64,000 nt of DNA from Octopus bimaculoides (Eukaryota). Position numbers and translations under genes: made by a program. The notes under the pieces are model-generated. The model was given only the letters and a program-made list of their open reading frames with translations. It was not told where the DNA came from and did not search any database. Numbering within the stretch: position 1 is the stretch's first letter; the number at the start of each line of letters is the position of its first letter. Where the stretch lies: NCBI RefSeq assembly GCF_001194135.2, contig NC_068991.1, positions 7,834,127-7,898,126 of the forward strand. The letters run 5' to 3'. Shown in pieces: positions 36,801 through 50,119 of this stretch.

Positions 36801-39800
36801 TCTAGAACATAGTCCTCGGGTTCTTCAGGGCTAAAGGAATATAAATAATCAGTTTAGAGATTACAAAATGGCTTTAAAATAAAATTCATATTTAACCAGG
36901 CAAAAAAAAAAAAAAAAAAAAATGTTCAGGTTATTGTAAAACATTTTGTTCGTGAATTTATTTGATAAATCTATAACACTAATGGTTGCAAAATGGAGGC
37001 ACTGGAATAATGTTTACATAAGCATTTGATGAGAACACATTATTCTGATGGTCATTGTCTGGCTGAAAACCAGTACCAATCCTATTTCATGATAGATGAG
37101 TTAGCAGGAGCAGAGCCAACCATGTTGACCTTTATGGTGTCCAAGTCTCATAAAGAGAAAATTATGTTGTAGTAGTAGTAGAAGTAACAGCAATCTTTTT
37201 CCCAGCCAGATAGTAAAGTTGGTGATTGTTGTTAATGTTGAGCCCAATGTCATGGCTACTTCGTTTATTTATTTATTGATTTATTTATTTTTTTTAAATC
37301 TCAGGGACTATTTTGCCCCCTAACATCCTTTACGTACATAATATAGATGGGTGTGATTTGTAGGTAATTTGGCTGCTTTTTCTTGTAGGACAAGTGACTA
37401 ACAACATAAAGGTCTCTGTCGCAAGGATTTCAATAACAGCAATACATTCAGAATTATTAACATGCCTTGCTGTTTGCAGCTTCAATGTTAAAAGGCTGGT
37501 TCCAAAATGAAGAACAGAGTGAAAATAATCTCTCTTTAGCTTTTCCCATCTCAGATCAACTAGATGCTCAGGTAAAAAAAAAAAAAAAAAAAGAGGCGGG
37601 TGGAATCAATCAAAATATATCTTACCATAAATAAGAAGGTAATTTCAAGTGTTTCCTGACAGCAGAATATACTTTTAAGAATATGTCTACTAATTCATCA
37701 GACCTGTTCATCAGAATAAAAGAATAATTTATATGAATCAAAATACATAGTTTTCAGATAAACCTTTTGAATGTCATTGGAATCTGTCAACAAGGGAATA
37801 GTTGAATGTATTTCTTTGATACCCTCTCCCTTATCAGCTTCTATTAAGTATAGTTTACTGTATTTGAGGGCATAAAAGATGCACTCCCTGCCCCACAAAG
37901 TTTCATAAAAAATCCCCCCAGGTTATTTATGCAAACTGGGGCCTATATTACAGATTTTAATGCACTAAAAACTTTATTCCCTGAATATGCACTGCTGATA
38001 TTGGGGTGTCTAATATGCCCGTGTGTCTTTTATGCCATCAAATATGTCCAGGGGTTGTTGTTGAAGATGTTGATGATGATTGCACCATAGTGGTTGAATC
38101 ATTAGCCCTGGATGTGAATCTCTAAGGGTCGTATGAACACAGCATGTAAGGAACCAGAACAGACATTACAAGACATCCCATTTGATGTTCTAACAATTCA
38201 GCTACTGTCCTTGACAGTGCAGGATTGAACCAGGATCCATGTGACTGAGAAGCAAACTTCTTAACCACACAGCCATGCCTATTGAATCAATTTCTTTCAA
38301 CCTAGTCTTTGCTAAAGAATTAGTGTAATAAACTAGCATAACAAATTAGCTAAAGAATTAGCATAATAAATTAATGCAAGGAAATAGAAATTTAAGGCTT
38401 AGTATACAAAGGTTTATTTGAAGTCATTGTATACAGAAAAGTATAGGGAGTTGAAATAATAATGCAAACAATTCCTTACCATTTTAAATGTCCTACATCT
38501 GCTAATTGAACTAAATATGTACCCATAAGATCAATGATTCCACCATTTTCCAAACAATCTTCCAAAAATTTCTTTACAAGCTGCTCCTCAGTCTCAAAAA
38601 CTAGTGGGGTAGATGATTCACTGCTACCAGCTAGAAAAAACAAATTTCTTGTGTTCATTTATCTGAATATATTTCATATTATTTATTTGGTACACAACTT
38701 TCAATATTGCACCCGCCAACCAATTCTGTGAAGGAGTCTTGCCTTGCAAGTTACTAGGTGACTCTACTAGTGCTTGTGTCACAAAAAAAAAAAGCATCCA
38801 CTAGACTCTATATAGTGGTTGGTCATTAGGAAAGGCAACTAGCTGTAGAAAATTTGCAAAAGCAGACACTGGAGACCAACATAGCCTTCAGGCCAATCGA
38901 ATCTTGTTGAACCACCCAACCTATGGCAGCATGGAATGCAGACATTAAATGATGATGGTGACGTTTGTGCTCTGATCCCAACCCAGGTAACTGATTCGCC
39001 TTTCTTTCATATTGGCATATAAAGTGTTTGGGTTAACTCAGTCATAGATTTGAACTCAGAATGTAGAGTGACATAATTAAACAGTGCAAGACATTTTGTC
39101 TGCTGTTCTACCAATTCTACCATCCACCACTCTTTTTAGTTTGCATCTATTTTTTTTTTCCATGTTAGAATAGGTAGAATGGCCAAGTTCACCTAACTGC
39201 GGATAAATATTGCAGGCATTAAGAACATCAATTAATGAATGTCTCAATCCTATATAGAGTTGTTCACAAATCCTCTTGCAAGTGTTCTTTGAAAAAGGAT
39301 AAGATCTGAAAACCCTAGGTATACATTCATCATCGTTTAACGTCCGTGTTCCATGCTAGCATGGGTGGGACGGTTTCACAAGAGCCAGCCAGGCAGAAGC
39401 CTGCACCAGACTTATGTGACTGTTTTGGCAAGATTTTACAGCAGGATGCCCTTCCTAACACCAAACACTCAGCAGAGTGGACTGAGTGCTTTTTATGTGG
39501 CATAAGCACAGGTGAGGTCAGTTTTGGCAAGGTTTTTACAGCTGGATGCCCTTCCAATTACCAACCACTTTACAGCGTGGACTGGGTGCAAACTAAAAAT
39601 CTAATGAAAAATAATGAGGAAGTATATGAAGGAAAGACTTACACACAGGTAAATATGACATTTCAATAATTTTAAGGTTTGTTTTTTTTTTCAGACATAA
39701 GAAATTAAAAAAATTACCAGCAGATGAAACACCTTGAGGGCTACTTTGTTCTTTTGCTTTGCTTTCATCTTCCTCTCGTGCTTCCCTTTAAGTGAGAGAA

Positions 39801-40764
39801 AAAAAAAAAAAAATCAAATAATAAAAAAAAACCCAAAGGAAGTGATTGCAAAAACATTTTACATAAAAAAAAAAGATTTAATATTTATTTCTTTATTGCC
39901 CACAAGGGGCTAAACATAGAGGGGACAAACAAGGGGATTACGTTGATTACATCGACCCAGTGATTAACTGGTACTTATTTAATCGACCCCGAAAGGATGA
40001 AAATTTAAATATTAAGAAAGAAATTAAAATTAAAAGTAGATTTACAATAAACTGGATGGCAAAAATTTCAGGAGCAAGTCTTCAAGATCTACATTTTCCT
40101 CTTGTTTTTTTCTGGTGGTATTACGCACCTGCCAAATAATGAAAATAAAAGACGGTTGAATTTATAAGGACAAGACACAAAAATAGCTAGATATTCCAGA
40201 AATTAGAAATATTACAAGGCAGAGTAGAATGAAATAGGAAATAAACACCAACACGAGCGGATCGTCTTTTACACGCCACTTCTTCGACAGCAGTGTTTCG
40301 TTTTCGCTTCTGAACCTTACGTGACCCAGCTTCATCAACTTCCATAGCTGTTGTAACTTCAGGAGTATCTACACAGAGAAGGAAGAACATCATCATCATC
40401 AATCATGATACTCATTATTCTGAAAGTTATGAAGAAACAAAGTCGACTCGTGAATTTTTGAAACTGTCCCCCTACCCCTGGGAAACATTTTTTCACAACA
40501 AATTCCGACATATTTGGAATATATAGCAAATTAAGTATATCTCTCTCTTCACTCTTACTCTTTTACTTGTTTCAGTCAATTCACTGTGGCCATGCTGGAG
40601 CACCGCCTTTATAGTTGAGCAAATCGACCCCAGAGCTTATTCTTTGTAAGCCTAGTACTTATTCTATCGGTCTCTTTTTGCCAAACCACTAAGTTACGGG
40701 GATGTAAACACACCAGCATCGGTTGTCAAGCAATGCTGGGGAGGACAAACAGACACACAAGCAG

Positions 40765-40843
<79 letters not shown>

Positions 40844-42868
40844 TACATATATACGACGGTCTTCTTCCAGTTTCCGTCTACCAAATCCACTCACAAGGCT
40901 TTGGTCGGCTCGAGGCTATAGTAGAAGACACTTGCCCAAGGTGCCATGCAGTGGGACTGAACCCAGGACCATGTGGTTGGTAAGCAAGCTACTTACCACA
41001 CAGCCACTCCTGCACCTATATCTGGAAAATTTTATCAAAAACATCCATTTTTCTGGAAGTCTTGAGAAAACAAAGTCAGGGCTGGTGATGGAGGACACAT
41101 GCACTTGTGTAGGTACGCCAGTAGGAGAACAGAATGGTGTGCAACTGAACTTGGATTCCTGTAGAAGTAATATTTCAAACACTGAAATGATAGTCCCAAT
41201 AATTAGAAGTGAAAGAAATAAAGCTGAAGATTCTTACGGTTTGTTGCCGAGGGATTTGGTGATGACATCTGTACAGTAGGAGAGGAGGATGTGCCACTAT
41301 TCCCTGCCGTTTCAGCAACTTCAGACGATGGTGCCACCGCTGCACCCTCTCCAGCATCTGAAGTCATCTGTGCCTCTTGGTTTGAACTCGGACTGTGAAC
41401 TTTAGACTCGTGTGCCTCAACAACATTTTTGTCGTTTGCAGGTTTAGGGGTTTTAACATATGGTGTCAAATCTATATGAAGACCCATACTCTTAAAAAGA
41501 GAAAAAACAAAAATAAAACAAATAATTAGATACAGGGGAAATTTTGTTGATATTGAAAAATCTTTAAATATTCTAATTTTGGTACAAGGCCAGCGATCTT
41601 GAAGAAAGGGAGTACATCGATCGCATTGACTCTAGTACTCAAATGGTACTTGTTTTATGAACACCTGAAAAAGGTGAACAGTGAAGTTGGCTCCAGTGGA
41701 ATTTAAACTCAGAACATAAAGCCAGACAAAATGCTACTAGCTTGCCATCTTACAAAATCTTTAAATCGTAATCATCATCATTGTTTAACGTCCATTTCCC
41801 ATGCTGGTATGGGTTGGATGGTTTGACTGAGGTCTGGAGAGCCAGCGGCTGCATCAGGGTCCAATCTGATCTGGCAATGTTTCTACAGCTGGATGCCCTT
41901 CCTAATGCTAAACACTGTGAGTGTGCAGTGGGTGCTTTTTACGTGTCCACTGGTACAGGAGCCAGTCAGGTGGGCCTGGATTCAATCACATTTGGATAGT
42001 GCTTTTTACGTGCCACTGGCACGGGGGCCAGTCAGGGGGGTACTGGAATTGGCCACATTCAGATGGTGCTTTTTATGTGCCACCAGCACAGGGAGCCAGT
42101 CAGGCGGACCTGGGATTGACCACGTTTGGATGGTGCATTTTACGTGCCACTGGCACAGGAGCCAGTCAGGGGGCACTGGCCACAGCTATGATATTGGTTT
42201 TACTTGACTCAACAGGTTGTCTCAAGCATATCATATTGCATAACGCATCAGGGGTACTCTTAACTGGGCCGGACATGCATGGCTGCGATCTCACTTTAGT
42301 TACCGGGTCTTCTCAATCACAGCATGTAAATACTAATTTTATAATTTCAATTTGCTGGAAGTATTTTTCCAGAAGCATAGAAAAAACACAAAACAAAAAA
42401 AAACTTATAAAACTTTTAGGAATTATGTAACAATACATATTTAGGAAAAAGAATTTCTAAAAAAAAAAGAATGCAAATATTCATGGATTCTCAATGAAGT
42501 TCAATAATGTAATTTCAAAAGGATGAATTTACTGAATTAGTCAGGGACAAGAACAATCTGGTTTTACTGGTTTATGTAAAAATTGAAATCAGTTCAGACA
42601 TACCTTTCGTGGTTCACTGTGGACTATTTCATCATACAAAGCTAAAAGACATTCCCCGACACATTTCCAACTGAAATTAAAGGTTAATAATGATCAGCGA
42701 AAAACTATTATTAAGTCCACGACATAATGATACAAATGATGAGTTTTTTGATTTAGGTTTGTGTTAATGGGAGAATCCTGAACACCCCCATGTGACTGAA
42801 AGTGGACTAACCGATTACAATAACTAAGAACTGAATGAACTGTCAGGGTAGTTGATGTTAGACCTACT

Positions 42869-42910
<42 letters not shown>

Positions 42911-45900
42911 ATGAAAGTTTACCTAATGTAATGGAACTAGAGAACCTCATGGAATATATAACAGACAAAATAAGACTGATAATTAATATGTATAATTAGA
43001 ACAGTAAAATGGAACTCCAAGTTTTAGTGGGGGCAGGGTTGTATTGAGAGCAGTGGCTTAATGCCAAGTGATGAGAGGTTAAAGTATGATAGAGAGAGAC
43101 AGAAGCAGGTGTCTGGCTGTAGAGGAGACACATGGTTACTCAGTTGGAAAAGAAAGAGGATAATGGTGAAGAGGTGACATGGTGTCAATACTTACCTATA
43201 TTCTAGAATAGGTTTTGGGAGAGTGAGTGGAGATGGTGGTGGAACATAAGCTAATTCCCGACGAATCTTCCTCATTTCCAGAGCTTCGTTTATGTACTGG
43301 AAATACACAATATTTCAATGAAGATTTTTTTTGGTTTTATTTATTACAACTTCACAAAAAAAAAAACATTTTCAATCTTTCATCTTTTACTTGTTTCAAT
43401 CATTGGAGAGCAGTCATGCTAGGGGACCATTTTGGAACAGTTTAGTCAAACAAATCAACCTCAGTACTTAATTCTCTTTTTAAGCTTGGTGCTTATACTA
43501 TCAGTGTCTTTTGCCAAACTGCTAAGTTACAGCGACATAATCAAACCAACACCAACTAACAAGCAATGGGGGAGGGTAACAAATACACATATAATGAGCT
43601 TCCATGCAGTTTCTGTCAACCAAATCCACTCACAAATCATTAATTGGCCCACAGTTATAGTAAAAAACACTTGCCTGAGATGCCATGCAGTGGGATCGAA
43701 CCCAAAACCATGAGCTTGCAAAGCGGGCTTTTTAACCACACAGCCATGCCTGTGCCAGTGTTTGGGTATCTTGCTAATAATATTGAGTTTTTATTCTTTT
43801 ATTTGCTTCAGTCATTTGATTGTGGCCAAGCTGGAGCACCGCCTTTAGTCGAAGAAATCGACCCTAGGACTTGTTCTTTGTAAATCTAGTATTTATTCTA
43901 ATGGTCTCTTTTGCTGAACTGCTAAGTTATAGGGACGTAAACACACCATCTTTCTTAATAATAATTATTAAAAACATAAAAGAATGAAAACAAACTAATA
44001 ATGCCTGTTCCTCACCTCATTCTTTTCTTCTTTGTCAGCATGAGTCATCAGCACCAGAGGATCACTGAAGAATACATTTTAGAATTTAAATCAGGCAAAA
44101 AAAAAAAAAAAAAAAAAAGAGGGAACAAACAAAACACTGACAATAGTGGAGTTGCTAAGAGAGAAAGTAAAATGCTGCAAAACATCGAATATTTACCAGT
44201 TAGCAAAGAACATCTTGGACTCCATTCGCAAAGAAGGTTGTTCTGAAAATATTTGATCTCGAAAAGAAATTGCTTTCATGTATTCTGCATCTTTTTCAAG
44301 AGCAGACCCAATATATTTCAGACAAGCTGCAAAGAGAGAAATTGACTGGTAATGTTTGTGGTCCTTGCAGTGGATAATGGGGCATAATAATAATAAGTTT
44401 CCTGTCATCTTAGAGAGAGTTCTAGAGAAATGTCAAGTCATCATCATCATCATCATCATCATATAGCATCCGTCTTCCATGCTGGCATGGGTTGGACAGT
44501 TTCAAAGGATTCAGAGAGCCGCAGGACTGTGCCAAGTTCTAGTGTCAGCTCTGGAATGGTTTCCACAGCTGGATGCCCTTCCAAATGCCAACTACTTCAC
44601 AGTGTATACTGGCTCCTTTTTATGTGGCACCAACTCTTGTGACGTTGCTAAGTAACTTGTAAGACATAAAAAGGACAGGGAAAAGAGGAAAGGAGGGAAA
44701 ACTCCCACTTAGGGTGGAAGGGGAAAGTATTAGAGGAGGGGCAGGTGGCTTTATGCCAAGGGTCAGAAGATAGAAGGACAAACAAGGCAAAGACTGGAGA
44801 AAGCATTGCAGTGTTTTGTACATAGACCTGAAGTGATTAGTTAGAGCAGGAGTTTGGGGAATTGAGATACTGGGGTGCCACCTAGAAGAATTTTTAGCTG
44901 AATGAATTGACCTCAGTTCTTCATTAAAAAAAAAAAAAATTTTAAGCCTGCTACTTGTTTTATTGGGCTCTTTTGCTGAACTGCCAAGTTACAAAGATGC
45001 AAACACAAAAACACTGTAAATCAAGATGTGGTGGGAGACAAAAAGACACACACACGCTTGTGTGTGTGATGGGCTTCTTTCAGTTTCCATCTTTCAAATC
45101 CACTCACAAGGCTTTGGTCAGTCTCAGGCTATAATAGAAGACACTTGCCCAAGGAACCATGCAGTGGGACTGAACCCAGAATCATGTGGTTATGAAGCAA
45201 ATTTCATAAGAACATCCAGAGTAAGAATTTTAATGGAAACACAAAAAATATCAAATTTCTCTAAATATGATTAAAAAAACACAAACAAATACTTACTCCA
45301 ATAATCATTCAATACATAGAGGGATGTGATCAGGTGGTCCATGCATGGCCAATGGTTTTTGTTGCAATTAAGACCCTAAATTTTGAAAAAAAAGAGATTT
45401 ATTAGTATTCATCATCATCATCATTTTAATGTCTACTTTTCTATGCTTGTATGGGTTGGATGAAATTTACTGAGGCAGATTTTATGCAACCAGATGCCTT
45501 TTTCATCACCAACCTGTACCTATTTCCCAAAAAAAGGTAATATTTTCCCATGGCCAGACATGTTTTTGCAGAATATTGGAAATGACATTCATTTAGAATA
45601 TTCACACAATGTCAAGACAAAGAGACACAAACATTACACACAAATGACAGGGTGGCTTTAGTTTCTGTCTACCAAATCCACTCACAAGGCTTTGGTTGGC
45701 CTGGGGATACAATAAAAGATACTTGCCCAAAGTGCCACACAGCAGGACTGAACCTGAAACCATATGGTTGGGAAGCAATTCTTAATCACACATGCACCTA
45801 TGAAATTTATTAATATTACAGAATTTTAAAAAATTGAAAAATTGTATCTTATGCTAAGTCTTAAAATATTTGAAAAGATAAAAAACAGAATAGGAATTTT

Positions 45901-48900
45901 TGTTTTTTTATATAATTTAGGAGAGCGAGAAGGCGGGGGGACAAACCTGCTGAAAAGAGTAAGCTGCCAGTTGATAGTTATGAATTTCAAGAGCAATGAG
46001 GCCAATTTTATACCAAACTGTTACTTCAGTTTCATCAATTGTTACAGCCTGGAATAAAAATTACGGAATTATAAACACAAATGTAATAAACTCAAATAAC
46101 TAAATATTAGTGGTAAGACAGTTAGACTTCTATTTTTAGCATACAAGGGATCCATATAGCGACCTCTCATATTGTTTATATTTAAATAGAATTCACGGTC
46201 CTCGGACATTTTTAAGTATGCTGACCGCTAATTGAAATTGATATGATTTAATAATATTGTTTAATAATATTAATTTCTATTCTTATTATTTAATTTCAAA
46301 TATTTGTGTTCTCTCGCCAGTTGATTCACTGCTGAAGATCATTCATTGCAATTATTTTCAGGCTTAGAGCGCTAGTACAAGGGCGTTTGAATCGAAGTTA
46401 AAAGACATGATATTGGAACTCTATGCATTTGTATCCTCTCACGGAGACGGGTGGTAGCCAGTTCCATTGTTGTGTCAGCACCGATTTCACTGAGGACACA
46501 CAGACAATTATTGAATTGTTCCTGTCGAAACCTTAAGCTATGGAATTAAGTGTTGTGCTTATTCCTTTTCATTTGTCTAGCTTGTAAACATCTAGCGTCT
46601 TACTAAGTTGAGAACACAGATTTAGTGGTTAAGACAGTTTGATGTCTATTTCTAGCATACAAGGGATCCACATAGCAACCTCTCATATTGTTTATAAATA
46701 TTAGTTTCTTACACAAGTAAAAATGTCACCAGGTTTTTTTTTTTCAGTGGAGTGAAAATTAAATTATCGAAGCTGACAAAGACCTTTCCATCAAGTAAAA
46801 GAAAACGTAACTATAGTCATTTAAATGGCAGTATTTTCAAAATGGAAACATTTTATAAAGGAAATATAATAATTACCTTCAGAAAATATTGGATAGCTCT
46901 GTGAGTATCATTGCGTCTGTGAGCCATGGCAGCTAAGTTTTTGTAGGTTGAATAAAGCATCTGAAGCCCAGGGTGAACAGGATTATCACCCTCTTCATCT
47001 ACTATCCTGTTTGCCTGAAATATAACATTTTATACTAAAATATCATTTCCAACCATATTGGTAATGCTGGTTCACGAAGGGCTCTGCCCTGTCAACCTTC
47101 TCCCTCCCTCCATTCATGTTATTGTTACATATGAACCGAATGTGCCATATTCTAAAACATTTTATCCTTTAGTATTCAGATTGCTCGGTCAAATGAAATG
47201 CTTATTTAGTCACATTGTCTTGAATTAATCATGTGTTTATCTTATAGCTTTGAAATTTCAATGATGTGATTGTTTATTTTTAGAATGACATTGTAGGGTC
47301 GGTGTGAAATGTTGGATCCGGACAGTTTAAACCTAGAAGAAGCAGAATATTTTAGCTATTTTGAATTCTTAAAGGTTAATCATACAAAAAAATGTTATGT
47401 AGCCTATGACACAATGTTTCGGACCTCATCTTTAGAGATCATCATTATTGTTTAACATCTGTTTTCCATGCTGGCATGGGTTGGATGGTTTAACTGGGGA
47501 CTGGCAAGCCAGGAGGCCGCACCAGGCTCCAATCTGATCTGGCAATGTTTCTACAGCTGGATGCCCTTCCTAACACCAACTACTCCGAGAGTGTAGTGGG
47601 TGCTTTTTTACGTGCCACTGGCATGGGAGCCAGTCAGGCGGCACTGGCATCGGCCACGTTCAGATGGTGCTTTTTATGTGCTACTGGCACAGGAGCCTGT
47701 TGGGGCAGTGGGGCTGGTATCGACCATGTTCAGATGGTGCTTTTTATGTGCCACCGGCACGGGGAGCCAGTCAGGCAGCACTGGCAACAACCCATGCATG
47801 ATGGTACTTATTGCTTTTTCATATTTACATCTATGTACTCTATGTTCCAATCAGTATGATCCGACTGTCATCAAATGACATTCCTAGATGAAATGTAAGT
47901 TCCTAGTTCAAGTTCACTTTGTTATGATGTACACACAGATATAAAACAGCTGATGATGACTGGAGATGAAATTTATCAACATGTCACCTAAATGTAAGGT
48001 AGTAAAAACGTCTGTTTCTAAAGAAGTTTCCATACCTCCAACAGAAAGTCTTGTTCTAAGAGGTCCTCAAAGGTTTCTTCTGCTTTATCAAAATCACCTT
48101 CTATTTGAAGGTTAAGAGCTTGATTGTATACAGTATAAGCTTCAGATTCCTACAAGTAATTTGAAAAATACAAATAAAATTTACAGGCAGAATGGTTTTC
48201 AGAAACAACAAAAGAAAAAACTGCAAGACAAGTATTGAGAAACAATATGGAATATATCAAGACTTTATCTATTATCAATATTAGCATTATCAATATCAAC
48301 ATTAACAAGATGTTTAAATATCACTCCAATATTTTCCTTTGTACACTTCTAGCATTGGTAACTCAATCTCTACAAAAATATTTTTACCTATACTGTATCA
48401 TCAACTCATTATTGTATTGTAGCCATTCTTCAGCACACAGATGTCAAATGTCTTGCTCTGAAGCCCAGCTTCCTCAAGACATGTGCAACTCAGCTTCTTT
48501 TCTCTCACAATCATTAAAATGGAAATAGACTTACCTGAGCCTCTTTTGTAACTGAAAGTATGTCATCGGACGAGTCATCCGAGTCGCCACTTTCGTGGTC
48601 ATTTAATGCTGATATTCGAATCTAAAAAGAAGAGGTATGGAAGAAAAAGAAAAAGAGAGAGAAAAAAACTTTATAATTATTTATTTCTTTTGAATAAGTA
48701 CAAGGCTTAATTTGGTAGGAAAAGGGTCATTACAAAATTTTATGACTCAATACAACCAGCACTTTATAGGGTTGGTATGAAAGGCCAAATCTGGCTAGTT
48801 TGAACATAAAACAGGTAGAATACTTGGGGTGGGTGTGGCTGGTTTAAATGCTAAGGGGTTCAACTAAGAACATAGAACAAAAGACTGCAAGCTAGTTAGT

Positions 48901-49145
48901 TTGGTGGTCTGTTATTCTCACTAACTAATTTCCCTTAAAATTTTATGATGGAGACATAAACACCAGCATCGATTGTCAAGCGATGTGGGGGGGAGAGACA
49001 AACACACACATTTTTATTCTTTCTCTGTTTATTCCCGTGTTCCTTTCTGTTGAAGAGCGTAGGCTCGAAACGTTAAAAACTTTCTCACCTTCCCTAGTGT
49101 TAAATTAATACACCTGTCTTCATCTTTTGTTTTTCTGTAAATTTC

Positions 49146-49187
<42 letters not shown>

Positions 49188-50065
49188 NNNNNNNNNNNNN
49201 NNNNNNNNNNNNNNNNNNNNNNNNNNNNNNNNNNNNNNNNNNNNNNNNNNNNNNNNNNNNNNNNNNNNNNNNNNNNNNNNNNNNNNNNNNNNNNNNNNNN
49301 NNNNNNNNNNNNNNNNNNNNNNNNNNNNNNNNNNNNNNNNNNNNNNNNNNNNNNNNNNNNNNNNGGGGGGGGGGGGAGCGTGTCTGGAGTGTGTGTGTGT
49401 AGGAGTGAGCGACGCTAGAAACTGCTACTTTCATTTTGTCAATCAGCTCGTATCATTATTTGGTGGCCAGCAAAGATGGTGGCAGAGGGGGTGGGAGTTG
49501 CAATTAACATTCGTTTTTTGTGCATTTTAGTTCAGTTTCATTTCGTCCAACATTTTGCTCATTCAGGTGAATAATGTATTCAATATTTAACAAACTTTTA
49601 TAATTTCCCCTAATATTTGGGAGCGGGGTGACGAACTTTTGAATAAATATATGTTTCTCTTTATGGAGACGCCGTGGCTTCATTACTCTTATATAACAAT
49701 GCTTTTATAAGTATCGTCTGACATTCTATTCATCTGAAATTATCTTCCTATTGTCTTTCTATCCTTCCTTCTGTCTTTCCACCAAACTTTTGCTTTTTCT
49801 TCCGTCTTATATTCCTTCTCATTCGTCTCTCCCTCTAATTTCTTACTGGAGCCATTAAAAAAAATAATCTATGCAGTCTATCATTTGACTCGCTTAAAAT
49901 GGTTTAGATATTGAATAGCTTATTCTGCTTCTCCATAGTTCACACCCAATGATTTAAAGAGAAAATCGAACTTTATTCAACAATTCACGAGAGAGAGAGA
50001 GAGAGAGCAACAACGTATGTTAATTGCAACCCTACGTGTATATATATATATATACATATATATAC

Positions 50066-50119
<54 letters not shown>

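Noticed and set aside
40916-41185. 88-aa ORF ([14 protein letters not shown]...) just downstream of exon 11
   Set aside because: No donor in the required phase in that frame, and it runs into a SINE; an alternative exon is not excluded.
41930-42200. Regularly spaced repeats resembling a CRISPR array (also 34420-34580 and 47590-47790)
   Set aside because: Tandem units of an RTE 3' UTR with non-unique spacers; eukaryotic context and no cas genes.
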